A DNA stretch of 63,639 nt, filler included, from Phoronis australis (Eukaryota > Animalia > Phoronida), in the NCBI GenBank assembly GCA_002633005.1. It is 10 parts of 10 records of this genome, joined end to end, with 100 filler letters (N's around TTAATTAATTAA, not from the genome) between each part and the next. Parts side by side here need not be neighbours in the genome. Positions count along the whole stretch, not along the records: positions 1 to 22,410 come from NMRA01001391.1; 9 more parts are not named here. One strand, written 5' to 3'. The notes beneath the pieces were generated by a model that worked only from the letters and a program-made list of their open reading frames with translations, did not search any database and was not told the DNA's origin. The position numbers and the translations under genes were made by a program. Positions 1 to 12,796 of this stretch are shown piece by piece; positions within the stretch are counted from its first letter, which is position 1, and every line of letters begins with the position of its first letter.

Positions 1-430
1 CTTAGAAGATTTAACTTTTATTTGAATTGTTATTTTTTAATTCCATCTAGTCTATTTTCGTAGAAGCGAACATGTTGGGTCATATTGTGTCTTCCAATCA
101 TCGGTGATTCCAGAAAGCATGCGCATAAATACTGAACCGTGGACATTCGGGTAAGACTCGTGAGAGTTAAGGTAGCGCACGAGTGGGAGCATTTCCTAAA
201 TATTGTGGCTGTTAAAGTGACCTGAGGTGGTTTGCGTAGCCAAAACCCAGTTAACCAAAAACCGAAGGAGTGGTCTGCTCTACTGTACAAGAGCGCCTTC
301 TTTGGAAGTGTCTTGGTTGTATAGCTACTATGTAGTAAAGTGGAGTCAAACACAGTTAAAAGTGGTTTTGGTACGTTTTCAATATTTCATGTCATTTGCT
401 CTACTCTGTCTTCTTTCTTCCCATCTGCAG

Positions 431-653
431 AATTTTCGCCGCTGGCTCGTTTAATGCTGTGCCTGACCCGTGCGATTTGGCGAAGAAGAATATCTACCAG
501 ATCCAAAAGAAGGCGGCTCTCTGTGGGATCGTGTCTTCCGCTTTGCAGTACTACAGGTGTGAAAGCTATGGCTGTGCTCTCTTCTCTCAGTTGACTGTGG
601 CTGTCGTTGTCATAGTGGCGACGATTTTGTTCATGACATTTTACATGCAGTGA
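431..653 (+). CDS. possible terminal exon of an unidentified gene encoding a C-terminal hydrophobic (TM or GPI-signal-like) tail
   Basis: Pyrimidine tract plus CAG at 428-430; open frame IFAAGSFNAVPDPCDL...LTVAVVVIVATILFMTFYMQ to TGA at 651-653. No family recognised. Confidence 0.3.
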
Positions 654-973
654 CATTTTTATGGCTTCAAGGCGGGTATTTCGTTTCTCGTCTTAACAAA
701 GATTGATTGTTGGAATGGTCTTATTTTTTAATCATTATCCATCAAACACACGCACAGTTGGAAAGTGCGAGTATCCTACAGATAAACAACACGCACGTAC
801 TCGTTGTTGCATATCGGAATCTCAAATTTACACAAACCACCATTCGCGTATTACACAATCAGGGGCAGATCCACTATTTTTAGTTGGAGGCAGAGCTGAG
901 AATTAGTCAGGATTTTCCCCGTAAGACATTCGCACTCCCGCATTGCCAAATAGAATCTGGGAGAGTTTTAGGG

Positions 974-1174
974 NNNNNNNNNNNNNNNNNNNNNNNNNNN
1001 NNNNNNNNNNNNNNNNNNNNNNNNNNNNNNNNNNNNNNNNNNNNNNNNNNNNNNNNNNNNNNNNNNNNNNNNNNNNNNNNNNNNNNNNNNNNNNNNNNNN
1101 NNNNNNNNNNNNNNNNNNNNNNNNNNNNNNNNNNNNNNNNNNNNNNNNNNNNNNNNNNNNNNNNNNNNNNNNNN
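974..1174. other. scaffold gap (201 N, no linker)
   Basis: Run of N without the TTAATTAATTAA core seen in the other gaps. Confidence 0.95.
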
Positions 1175-3922
1175 ATATGTATATATATCGGGTGAACTAA
1201 AACGCTCCAAGATTTGAAGTGCTGTAATAATGTTCCGATACATGATCGTACTGGCTTCAGTCACATGTAAGATTTGTCATACTAGCAGCACACTTTGGAA
1301 AACAGTTTCAGGTCTTGTTTCAGATGGTGCAGTCGCACAACCGTTTCTTGAACGATCAATCTATCCAGAGTTCCCTAAAAGATAATGTGCTTGAAGTTCT
1401 AGGTAATGAAGTTACAAACTAGAGCAAAATTGAAATTTTGCATATGGGCAGTCTTGATTCGTATATTCAAAAAAATACTCAAGTTCGCCGGCCGTGATTC
1501 CAACCCCGGCGGTTGAAATACCCGAGGGGTGGTACCTAGACATGAAAAAATAGCACTACTACTACACACTTCAGGTTTGTACCGAATGTGTAAAATTTGC
1601 GAGGTGAATGAACGCTTTGCCATACATAGTGATTCTCAAATACCTAACACTAGTGAACTCGAGTGATAAAAAGACGATTAACAACGAAACGGCGTATCCG
1701 ACACAGTCTGACGAATGACACAGGGAGGAGCTCGTGTTGATGAATTGCCCACACGACTGGATGCTTTGTGTTAGATAGAACAATAATTCCAATCGGACAG
1801 ACATTAGCTATTTCAGTTTTTTCGTTTCCAAAACGTTAATGTCGCCCAGAAATGGAAAATTCACTTCCTTGCGTCGGACACGGGTATGGTAGTACATGTA
1901 CACTGTGACATTGAAGTAAGCGATCCGTTCAGGGGTCGCTGTGCTCAGCCTATTTTGGAGAATTATACTTCGATACGTCTCAGAAACGGTGATTTGATGA
2001 AAGTTTCTCCAACGTGTAAATGCAGTTGATGGAGATTCGGTGTATTGTATTGTGCCACTGCTGGGAACGTAGTATACACGTAATCGATCGTAATTTGGTA
2101 AAAATTATGAAAACAAACCGTAGAAATGAGTTATCGTTATGTTGGATCTTGTTGAAAGGACTGTGTACTAACGGAATATCTACAGCGTATACATACCCTG
2201 ATGGAAGAAAGTCTGTAAGATTCGTATTTGTATTTGACTTTTTACCAACTCGTTATTACTTAGATCAAGTGACCATGTCTTTTAGTAGAATTTTGATTTT
2301 GATTTTCGCCAGGTCAACCCCTGTTCTAAATAATGTACCAATCGTTATCCACGTGTAACCAAAAAGTTGCGGGTTAAAATTTCGCTTTCTGTGGATTTTC
2401 ATCGGAAAGGGTAATCCCCAAAAAATAATCAGAATATTTCTTATACATGTATTTTAAGCCTAACAAAACTGAAATTGTAACTCTTTGCTTTTTATAACAT
2501 CAAAATGTATCGCAGCTAAATCTTCTCCGATTATAAAGTAGCCGCGGGTGTAAATGTCTTTCACTTCAACAAAAGTCGCCAAGTTATCGGTGCTAGACTT
2601 GTAAGTCATATGTCACTCAATAAGTAACATCTACGTGACCAAATTCTGGTGAAAATGTTGAATGGTACAGAATATTAGGCAAAGATATATTTCACCAAAT
2701 TTATTTGTAAAACATTGGTTAGTATCTTCATAAATTTTTCATTTGGATTTTTAAAATTTCGCATCAATAAAATGTGGCGATGAACACTTCTTCACATTAT
2801 TTTCTCATCTTTTGCCGACATTCAGCGCTCGATTTCATTTCCAATTACTTTGATTCTAAGGCTACGTCTTAACGTGCGATCAGCTTCTCCTTTTTTGGCG
2901 CAACACCCAAGAAACTGGGCCATTTGCTTTTTGCGCCAGCTTCGATCAACAATCTGCTTACACTGCCTGCGTCTGCCATTTGCAAGCACGGCACCTGGGA
3001 ACAAAACAGCAGATGAGGCGGTGACATCAATTCCTCTAACTTTGACTGGAAGCCTTTCTAAGAATCGCCGTTTGTAATTCAATAACAGAACACGACTGAT
3101 TTTGCTGGTATAACTCTGAAATGAGCTGAAGAAATCAGTTCCATCACAAACAACCCAAATGCGTTTTTGTGGTTGTAAAATCTACTGCGCCCTTTTAATG
3201 ACAGAAATCCTTTCCCTGATTTGTCGGTGTACCAGCCTATGGCAAATGTTTTCTCTTTGGTTCACTAAACCGACTATAAATAAAATGACTCGACTTCACT
3301 TCACTTCATTCCGATGTGTAGTTACAAACAGAAATGTTTCTGCATTGCAATATTGGACTACTTACATAGTCGATGGGCTTGTACGATTCCTTTATTCCCA
3401 GATACTGGATATGCCGTGACAAGGCCTATTCAATGTACGACTCGACTGCTATACAGTACATTGGTATATCAAGTTAGTTATTGCTTTAGGCGAAATTCTT
3501 CACTTGGTTTGTCGCGGCGAGAGATTTGGTGCACGAAGCATAGTCACCGGTAAACTGAGTTTTGTTCACTCTAAGTTCAGCCTGGAAAGTTCGGCTCCTC
3601 ACCTGAGTCATGGGTTAGGGTTAGGAACAGAATGACCAATTTTGTAGCTCAGTAAGTTCAAGTAAGCCCTGGATTTTAATTCTTTGCCCACCGGGTCCTA
3701 GATGTGCGTTGGTCAAGAAGTTCAAAACACAAACCCGCCCAGTGGCGGTTCTCATGCGGCGCTCGGTCTCGGCGGCGTAGACCCGTCACCACTCGGCACA
3801 TCCGAGACAACTGGCACCCAAACTTTCAATTCCAGCCGCCAAGAAAGGATCTTGATGATTTTTCAAAGGTAGGTGTTGTTCAATTTTACAGGATCAGGTT
3901 GTTACTTCACTTCTGTTCCTAG

Positions 3923-4682
3923 CTGATATGGACACCGGACGGCGGTACACTAGGCCGCCGGCTCCCGCTGACGCGGGCCACGGCTGAAAAAAATGCGGAT
4001 TTGAAGATACTCTCATTTCCTTTACATTCACCAAGAGAACAGGGTGATTTTCGTCGGTCGAAAGATATAACTGAAATATAAACATTTAGTAACTTTCAGG
4101 CCCGTTTGTGTTTGCCTATTTTTCTAATATTTAGTCACCTCTAGTGTCCTCCTTAGGCCCTTCACGCCGGCCACTCAGGCGGGCCGCGGGCAGATGAAGG
4201 AGTAAGTCTACCCATGAGTTAGATGTCACTGACATAGGCCTATTCTACTAACCTACTCTTCAAAATGCTTAATTTACAGTATTTTCCTTCTGTGTATTTA
4301 ATCAAAATTTATAGCGCGTTTCATATTTTTTCAACCTGTTTGTGAACTGGAGATTTCTACCGTCGACAAGGTGAAAAAATGTCGATAGAGGGCGCTCTAA
4401 GGCAGGCGTCAGGTGTCGCTCTCAACAAACACATGTCGAGGTGTGTGTAAGAAGAAAAGAGAAGAAGTTGCCCGCAGTTGGCAAAACTTGGCGGAGTCCC
4501 TGGTTATTTACGCAAAACGTATGTTACGAAATGTTTATATTTCAGTTATATCTTTCGACCGACTAAAATCACCCTGTTCTCTTGGTGAATGTAAAGGAAA
4601 TGAAGGTATCTTCAAATCCGCATTTTTTCCGTCAGCGGGAGACCGGCGGCCTAGCTGTACCGCCGTCCGGCGTCCATGTCAG
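3923..4682. mobile_element. non-autonomous TIR element (MITE-like) with ~155-165 bp inverted arms
   Basis: 3923-4087 is the reverse complement of 4529-4682 with small indels (e.g. AAAATGCGGATTTGAAGATAC / GTATCTTCAAATCCGCATTTT). No clean TSD seen. Confidence 0.75.
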
Positions 4683-5014
4683 TACTTCCCATTGCTTTCT
4701 GTACGCATTTCGTACCATGTATTTTAAACGGGCGGTCGGCCAAATCTGGCCACCTATTTTGAGCTTTCACCTGGTTACAAATACATACCACACTTAAAGT
4801 ATCACTTAAAAAAGCGCTTACTTTCTTCATTGGTCCTGTCTACTTCTATACATATCTTTGATGGAATTTAGTTGTGAGAATTAAGGTGACTTTGGCGAAG
4901 AATTCCAACTCCACTTTTGTGGTTGGCGATAACTTTTTCATCAAGCGCGCCATAACCACAAAGTATGTCAACTGAATCACGTGAGTTTGGCACAGGCTAG
5001 TGCAAGACTGGGCA

Positions 5015-5932
5015 TAGGCAATGACCATCGCCTCTGTTGGCCCGAACCAGAGGCGATGCAGAGGCTATAGGCGCTCTGTACGCCGGAAGCTTTTCGGCGA
5101 ATTATGCCGCGCACCGACTAAACCATCAAAGTCACGTTGTTATAAATACCTTTTGCACATAGAGGAACACCTGAGGAGGTTGTCGATGTGTTTAATTCCT
5201 TCCAACTCGAACAAATACTCCCATTATCAAACTTTTTCTTCAAGCAGTCCCTATTTCAGTTCCCAAAATCGTGAACTCACCATTTTCATTTTTTTAACCA
5301 GGCCGAAGGTCAGAAGTTGCGGACCTACCGGCGAACTTTGAAAGCTGAAGTTCCCGCCCTTCGCCGGGAACCAGCCGTGCATTTGCCGTGTTGTTAAACA
5401 TTAAAATGTCAAATATGTGCACAAAGACTATTAAATGTCATATCAACAGCATTTATTTTTATCAAATACAAACAATAATTCATTGAAATACAATCAGTTT
5501 CAAGTAACGCCAATTAAAGACAAGTATAAGTGGTGGCATTTTGGAAACGAACATTTGACTGACAAGACCGCAATGGCTCACCTTTGGCCTATTTAAAGAT
5601 TGAGGTCATGAAGTCACATCACCTAGCGAGGGCGGTAAAAATTGGAGCGTGCGCAGTATAAAAATGGTGAGTTCACGATTTTGGGAACTGAAATAGGGAC
5701 TGCTCAAAGAAAAAGTTTGATAATGGGAGTATTTGTTTGAGTAGGAAGGAATTAAACACATCGACAACCTCCTCAGGTGTTCCTCTATGCGCAAAAGGTA
5801 TTTATAACAACGTGACTTTGATGGTTTAGTCGGCGCAAGGCATAATTCGCCGAAAAGCTTCCGGTGTACAGAGTGCCTATAACCTCTGCATCGCCTCTGG
5901 TTCGGGCCAACAGAGGCGATGGTCATTGCCTA
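5015..5932. mobile_element. non-autonomous DNA transposon with ~272-bp TIRs, TAG...CTA termini and a 9-bp TSD (Academ- or MULE-like)
   Basis: 5015-5286 and 5661-5932 are near-identical inverted repeats, which explains the twin 106-aa ORFs. Flanks are GACTGGGCA (5006-5014) and GACTGAGCA (5933-5941), 8/9 identical. Confidence 0.85.
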
Positions 5933-7537
5933 GACTGAGCAAAGCGTGTGACGCTAGCACGTGGCACTTGCAAAATAGCATGAGAAAGTATCAGGTGAAA
6001 TTTGTACGATTTGTGTCCCTTGGACTTTTTATTCAAGATTCAGCATGCGTGATTTCACGTAACTTCCTCAAAATGGCACCCTGTACGGAAAAACTCAAGC
6101 AAACCATGACAGATTTTCATCTATTTGTTCAAATTGTCTTGACTGAATCGTCTCCAGACTTATGGTATGAGTTGTTTATAACTCCATGTGCATATATGCA
6201 TGTTTGATTTGATATTATTTTCTGTATTTTGAAATGAATAACTTTTTGTGGGGATGTACTATCGCTCCTGTTTGCCTGCGGCATCCAGGGCGATGTAATT
6301 GCTTATTATTCATGGTGATTCCAAAACTGTATTACTCGTACCAATTAGCCTCTTCTTATTCATGCATTCACTGATTGTTATGAGGCGTTCATTTGCGGCA
6401 GCCGATCTCGAGTGACTGCCATTATAAAACTGTGACAGCTCTCGGCAGGAATGATAACTACAATGATCACGTGTGTGTCAGAGGACCCCAAAATTAACTA
6501 GTATATTGAAGATACTGCGTTGCACATTAGGGAAACACTGAGTAAAAAACAGTAATAGTCATTTATAAAGGATTGCCTCTTCAAGGCTTCTTCTTCAGAT
6601 AAAACATGAGAGTGCTTGTTCTCACGGTCAAATGTCGTCGTTTCGATTGGACAAGAGCCAGTTTCTATGTTGTTGTTTTTTCAGCTTCACGCAATTCTAT
6701 GGAACCGTAAGCTACATGTTACATTCCGACACCTACCATGTAAACTGTAGCCAGTCATAAGACACATGAGCACCCACATTAGATATATTACGGTATATTT
6801 TTCTTTATTTTAAAAGTCTCTTGACGTTGTTACATGACTTTGGACATTCTCTGTAGTGAGCTCAACATTGGCTTCACCATTTGTCGCGATTCGTTGAGAA
6901 TGAATGTGCAGCATGTAATAGCCTCAACCAGCAACTGTTGCAGTTGTGTTATGCTCCATTTCTGGTGTCTAAGCTTTCAAAGGGACTACAGATGGGAGAT
7001 ACATCCTCCACAGGAACCACAAGACATCCAGCGGTGGTCGAATATTTTCCTGTCTGTGTTTGACAAGTCTTGTGACCCACCGGGTGAATCATATGAGCCT
7101 CTGTTAGCCACTAACTGGCAATTGCCTATTATCTGAATAGTTTGCACACTTCATCGGAGGTTTGATGATCTTGGCATTTACTACATTAATATTGCAAGTA
7201 ACACATTTCTTTATGACATCAGCAGTTTATCTTGTTCATGTTGAAAAGGCTCAATTGCACCCACCTTCATATTCACATTATCCTTAACACTGACCCATTC
7301 TCTAGCACAGATTATTGTAGATATTCCATCTACCCTTGCGCCATTCAGATGTGGAGTCAGCCATCAGTTGTATCCCATTCTCTGCCTCGCACCATTTAGG
7401 ACAAGGGTCTGTGAAACTAAAGTCACATGACACCCAGACAAAGTCACCCAACTCTTTGTTATTTTGTGTGCACATGCTCCCTGTTTTCTGTTTTGTTCTT
7501 GTTTTGCTTATTGTTAGTATTTGTTGTTACGATTTAN

Positions 7538-7627
7538 GATACTGTCGAGCCAACATGGTGTGAGATACTGTTGAGCCGACATGGTGTGAGATACTGTTGA
7601 GCCGACATGGTGTGAGATACTGTTGAG
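7538..7627. repeat. 26-bp tandem repeat, ~3.5 copies
   Basis: GATACTGTTGAGCCGACATGGTGTGA units at 7538, 7564, 7590 and partial at 7616; starts right after a single N. Confidence 0.9.
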
Positions 7628-10600
7628 ACCAGTTTTATTGGAGGACGTGGTTGATGTCAAAACGCAGGTTTATAGGAACATAAAGCTCGATACTGTTTGA
7701 TGCATTGCTTATAGTTTATGGCTATAGTCAAGAGTAGTTTCTAGTGTTTGGAGCCACCTGCAATTCAGGTGACTTGGAGATTTTTGAAGTCTTATGAGGC
7801 CTTATGGACAAAGACGTGCATTCAGCCAAATATTTATTGAAGTATTGATTTTTAATGAAAGTATATTTTAATGATAGGAAATGTAGAATGCGTGTAGAAA
7901 TTGATTTTCGACTTTATACCAGTCTGCTATTGATTAGGGCCTGTGATCGTTTTTTTTTTAAATTAGCAAAATGGTACTTACACAACAAAACAATGGTACC
8001 CAGGTATAATCTCAAAAATGCTGCTATTGTTTTCTAAGTTATCATTTCGTTTTGTATTATGCAACTTAGCAGTCTTTGGAATTTCTTGACGGATTTAAAG
8101 GAAAGTTTGCAAACAGTTTTCTGATAGGGAGACGGCGACATCTTCCCATTTTCATAGGGGATTGACGTATTCAGTGCCATCTAGTGGCCATTTTATGATA
8201 TTAATAAACACCCTGATGCGCTTACTGTTTGCAATGCTGTCACTGTATCCAGTTCACCACTAGGAGTTATTGTTGTTCAAATTTGTGATCATTTAAGTTG
8301 GAAACATAGCATGTTGACAAAAATTTTATGTCTATTCAACACAAGAATGTTCATAAGTTGCCAGGTGTTTTTGGTGAGAAGATTGTACTTGCAAATAATT
8401 TTGCACTCATAAGTTAAGATAATTATAAAATTATAACTATTACTTCAGCTATGACAATCAGTAATTCTAAAACATTGAATATCCCAGTATAGTGATAAAA
8501 CCTGCGGTGGAACTTGCAAATGGGCTCAGAAAATGTGGTCTGGTGCTTTTCATCCACCGGTTTGTTCGTAAAGATTTTTAATTTCTGTTCATGTAAAAGT
8601 ATTTTTCTATAGTTTCAAATTTTAAGAAAGGTATCTGTTTACTCCTCGTCACTTCTTCCATTTTTTCCCACAAGACAAAGCACGTTCTCTTATTTAGACT
8701 GACAAGACTTAGAGCTAGCATATTTCCATTACTGGTATATGGAAAATGTGACCTTTGACCCTTGATGTATACAAAACAATGGCGACTCAAATAGCAGCCA
8801 AACTGATTAAGGAGCAACTTATGCAGGTCCGAACTGTTTTAAAATTAGTTATACAGGTATGATCGAAGTATTCAAATATATTCTAAAATGCACTTGTAAT
8901 TATGTTCTGAATATTGCTTGCTTCATTGGCTTGCCTGGTGCTGTGCTTTCAACCTCAGATTCAGAGTCCGATGACACGTGATAGTCTGCCGTTAATATCC
9001 ATCTTGTCCTTGAGCTCTTTCTCGAATGATGGTGAGCCCATGCGAGTTGTTATCCAAGTTGAAGGGAGATTCGAAACTCTGGGTACTGCAGAGTTTTTCC
9101 TCCAGCGTATTTAAAAATCTGACGGATGATTTCTTATGGAAATTCGCTGACACGAGAAATTGAATATGTCTGTTGTAGACGTTGTGAGACGATGCTTTCG
9201 TCAGAATTATTTAAAAAATATTTTTGCCTCTGAGCAAAGACCNAGGAAATTGAGTTAATAATTATTCCCGGTAATTAACATGCGGTAGAGGGGAGAGGAG
9301 TAGCTCAGTGTCCATACAGACCCACGGTGCAATCGTTTTCCCATTTTTTACTCCGTTTGTTTTTTAGTAGTAGGTACACATCCTCAGAAATTCGAGCCCC
9401 CTATCTTTTACATTTATGACAGAGTTCTCCCGTTCAGTGACTTTCCAGACGTAGAGGGTTGCGAGCGTGTCTGGTATGACAACAGGCAGGCCAGTTACCC
9501 GATCCACCAGGCTTATTACAGGCCATGAGTGAACACGGCCAAACACAGGGCGAATTGGTAGATTCGGAAAGAATAGATTGTCGCAACTTCAGTTGTAGTT
9601 GGGAGATTTTGGTAGCTTTTTTGACGTGTAAAAGGCCAAGTGTTGAACGTCTTGAACTTTTACTGAAGAACTGTATCAAACGGCTCCAAAGGTCCATTTT
9701 TGGCTAGTGATATGTAAAGATAACAATTTTGGGCGACTTAATTCTTCAGATATACAGCAACTGTGACCGACGGATACATATTCGAAAATCTTGATAGGAC
9801 GGAATCTTTTGAATTATTGTAATTATTTCCCTGCTGATTTAATAAGTCATTTATATAACCTCTGTCAAGGGGTTTAATGCTAGTATTTCATCCTGATATT
9901 TTTCGCATTTTAGCAAAATTCTGGGTTTTTAGAATTAAAACATAATTTAAACTACGTAAGTATGCGAAATGATATTTATTCATGAATAATTTTTTGGCTT
10001 CTGGCATTATTTACACCATCAAGAACTGATGAAGGGCTTTCTAATGGCACGACTCTTGTGCAATTCGGTTGAAAAAGGCGGAGTTGCGCAAAATGTTAAT
10101 GACAGTAAATTCCATACTCACCAAGAAAGCATTGATAAGTCATTACGTCATAAGTTTTTATAATTTATGCTTATACAGGTGGTTATTAGTTATCTAGAAT
10201 GCTCTCCTTACAAATCTTGGTTCAAATGGACGCAACGCATGCATGCAACTTTGTCTGGTATCTAATTCTGTTCAAGTTTTGCCTACTTTGTTCATCCTTC
10301 ATTGTCGACGATTTTGTCACGGGCGTGCCGTCCCGCCCTGCCCCGTTCCACCCCTTCCCGTCTCGCTTCGTACGGTCCCTGTCTCATACGTTCCTCGTTC
10401 CATCTCGTTCCCCAAGTTGATTGCGGCAGTTTTTGCTGAAGGGCAAATGAGTTCTACCTGAGGATCTACTTAGAACGCTTAGCCACACCAATGTGTCTTC
10501 GTCTAGCTCACCCATACATGCACATCGCATTGGTCAACCGGCCGCAACCAGCAATTTTAGGTTTGATATTTTGTCAACTTAGAAATCTCCAGTCGACGTC

Positions 10601-11519
10601 ACTGCCAGGAACGTGTGATATGCGAAGTGAATTAAAAAAAAAAAAAAAAATATACGGCTAGGCTAAAATTTGATTTTTATTCATCATATTGAAAATAATA
10701 ATTCAAAAGTTAAACTATGAAAAAAATTAAAAGTTATCGAAATATCCTTTTAATGAAAATTACCGACTTGCAGCAAAACGTTTGGACCTTGTTTCGCCTT
10801 TGTCTTGCAGTCCTCTTGTAGCATGTGGGGGGGTAACGGAATGCACCCGCAATTCGATACCTTTCATGTGCCTGCTCAGCATCGTTGCACCTTGTGCTTG
10901 TGCGTATTTGCCAATGACGTACATGTACTCGAAGAATTCTCACGTCCGCAAGTTAGTGTTTTCTGATGAAATATGCCTCTCTCCCTCCTTGCTCTGTCTA
11001 TGCGTCCGCCCGTCTGCTCGTCCTTCTGTCCGGCCCTCCCTCCCACCATCCCGTCCACTCAGCGGGGCAAATTCAAAACTGTCAGACGATAGACTGTGGG
11101 TTTGTTTAAAAGGTAGCTATGCTTTGAGATTGTGCGTAGATGGAGAGTGAACACTTAAATCCAGTAATTAATTTATTATGATAACCCCTAATTAGACAAG
11201 TGAAACCTGTTGTTAATTAAGTAATCAACTACAAAGAAGAGTAACTACACTAGCGCCCTCTTTAAATGATTACCTCAATCAATCAACTAAAATAATCAAA
11301 TGTCTTATCTGCTATCCAAGCTAGCTAGGACTCTCCACTTGTTGGATGTCTGTCCTGATGGTAAATCTTCGAACTACACACACTGTATAGCGACAGTTTA
11401 CTTGGTCACAGTCTCTGGCTGATGACGCAGCACTTCAGGTAGTATCTTACTACCCACGATGCAAGTGACAAGCTCTTAGTTAACTTCCTGTTCGTTAACC
11501 CTTGCACTTGCCAAGATCC

Positions 11520-11735
11520 TTTCTAGAATCTTCCACGAGATGGCTCCGTTGTACAATTGCTTCTGTACACTAGCAAATCTTTATGCTTCAACTACTATAG
11601 CGCATCTGAATATTTTGTTGACTTAAGCCCATATTATAATATCCTACTTATTTAGTGATTGGTTAATAAAAACCACGTGATCATTTCCAATCACATCATT
11701 GGCTGTTACAGATTGTTCTCAGAATTTTCTAGAAT
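11520..11735. promoter_or_regulatory. two three-unit heat-shock-element-like motifs, with an E-box and CCAAT motifs between them
   Basis: TTCtaGAAtcTTC at 11521-11533 and GAAttTTCtaGAA at 11722-11734 match the alternating nGAAn HSE pattern. CACGTG and CCAAT/ATTGG motifs occur at ~11659-11702. Confidence 0.3.
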
Positions 11736-12214
11736 CTCTAGAGTACTTTGACCCCAGAACCCAAAGTTGTAAACACCATTTAAAAATAGATTTTGACTTT
11801 AAAGTACATGTCAACAAGTCTGACCCCATGATTTAAAAGTACGTATGCACAAATTTTGGGCAACTTAAAATGGATCTATTCTTACTAATTACTTAATCAA
11901 TATTTATTCTGACAAAAACGATTAGGCTGATTTGTCAATAATCTGGTAACAATTTTCAGAGCGCACAGTGATTTTAAAATGCTCAGTAAAATTAAAGGGC
12001 TTATTGTTATTATAATTTTAAATTTGGCATATCATTTTTCTGCTGGATCAAAAACGCAAGAATGAGATTATAAATCATGACGTTTTGATGACATCAGCAC
12101 AATCGGATTTTACATATAGCGAAGGCAACGCGCTGAAAGTGAAAATGGAACATAATATTGGGTTCCGATAGATAGAAGTATTGATAATCATGGCAGCGAT
12201 GTGTTTTGGAATAA

Positions 12215-12796
12215 TTGAACTCGAGCGACGGATCGCAGAACTCGGACGAAACGGAAACAAACGAAGACACAGCTGATGAGGAAGAAGTCCAGCCGCTCTC
12301 TGAGCGCAATTCATCTTCCGAATCTATGGTTTTACCTGAAATTACGATTGAACCAGCGACGTCCGAGGAAGACGTTTCGTGCAAAGAATCGTTGGAACGC
12401 AAGACATCGTCATCTGATTCAATTGAATTCCAAAGTGTCAGTAGTGAATCCGTCAGCTCCTTTGAAACTGACGAGGAAAGAAGTGAGGCAGACGACAACG
12501 GAACAGAGTCGTCAATCAACTGTTCCAACAGGCAGTCCGACGGTGACGTTGGAAGCTCTGAAGAGGACAGTCTCACAAAAACACGATCTGAACTTGAATA
12601 TGAAAGATTCCTTGAATTTAACGAGATGATGCATGAAAGATTAAAACATATTGATGAATGGCCACCGCCCAGACCGAGTCTATGGAAAAGGTTCAAAAAC
12701 AGATTTTATAAATGTTTCCCACGACTCGAGCCAAAACCAAAGGACAGAAGATACATCATTCATTTTCCCAAGCCATGGCTCAAGCCCAGGACTTAA
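12215..12796 (+). CDS. unidentified ORF: acidic Ser/Glu/Asp-rich region followed by a basic, aromatic C-terminus
   Basis: 193 open codons with biased composition, ending ...EWPPPRPSLWKRFKNRFYKCFPRL...PWLKPRT. An in-frame TAA lies just upstream, so the start is uncertain. Confidence 0.4.
   Translation: MNSSDGSQNSDETETNEDTADEEEVQPLSERNSSSESMVLPEITIEPATSEEDVSCKESLERKTSSSDSIEFQSVSSESVSSFETDEERSEADDNGTESSINCSNRQSDGDVGSSEEDSLTKTRSELEYERFLEFNEMMHERLKHIDEWPPPRPSLWKRFKNRFYKCFPRLEPKPKDRRYIIHFPKPWLKPRT

Noticed and set aside
2820-3420. Possible decayed DNA transposase C-terminus on the minus strand
   Set aside because: Only vague motif resemblance across several stops and frameshifts; needs a translated search.
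3613-3625. GGTTAGGGTTAGG as telomeric repeat
   Set aside because: Only about two units; too short to call.
5021-5926. Twin 106-aa ORFs on opposite strands as a gene pair
   Set aside because: They are translations of the two TIRs of one element; no recognisable domain.
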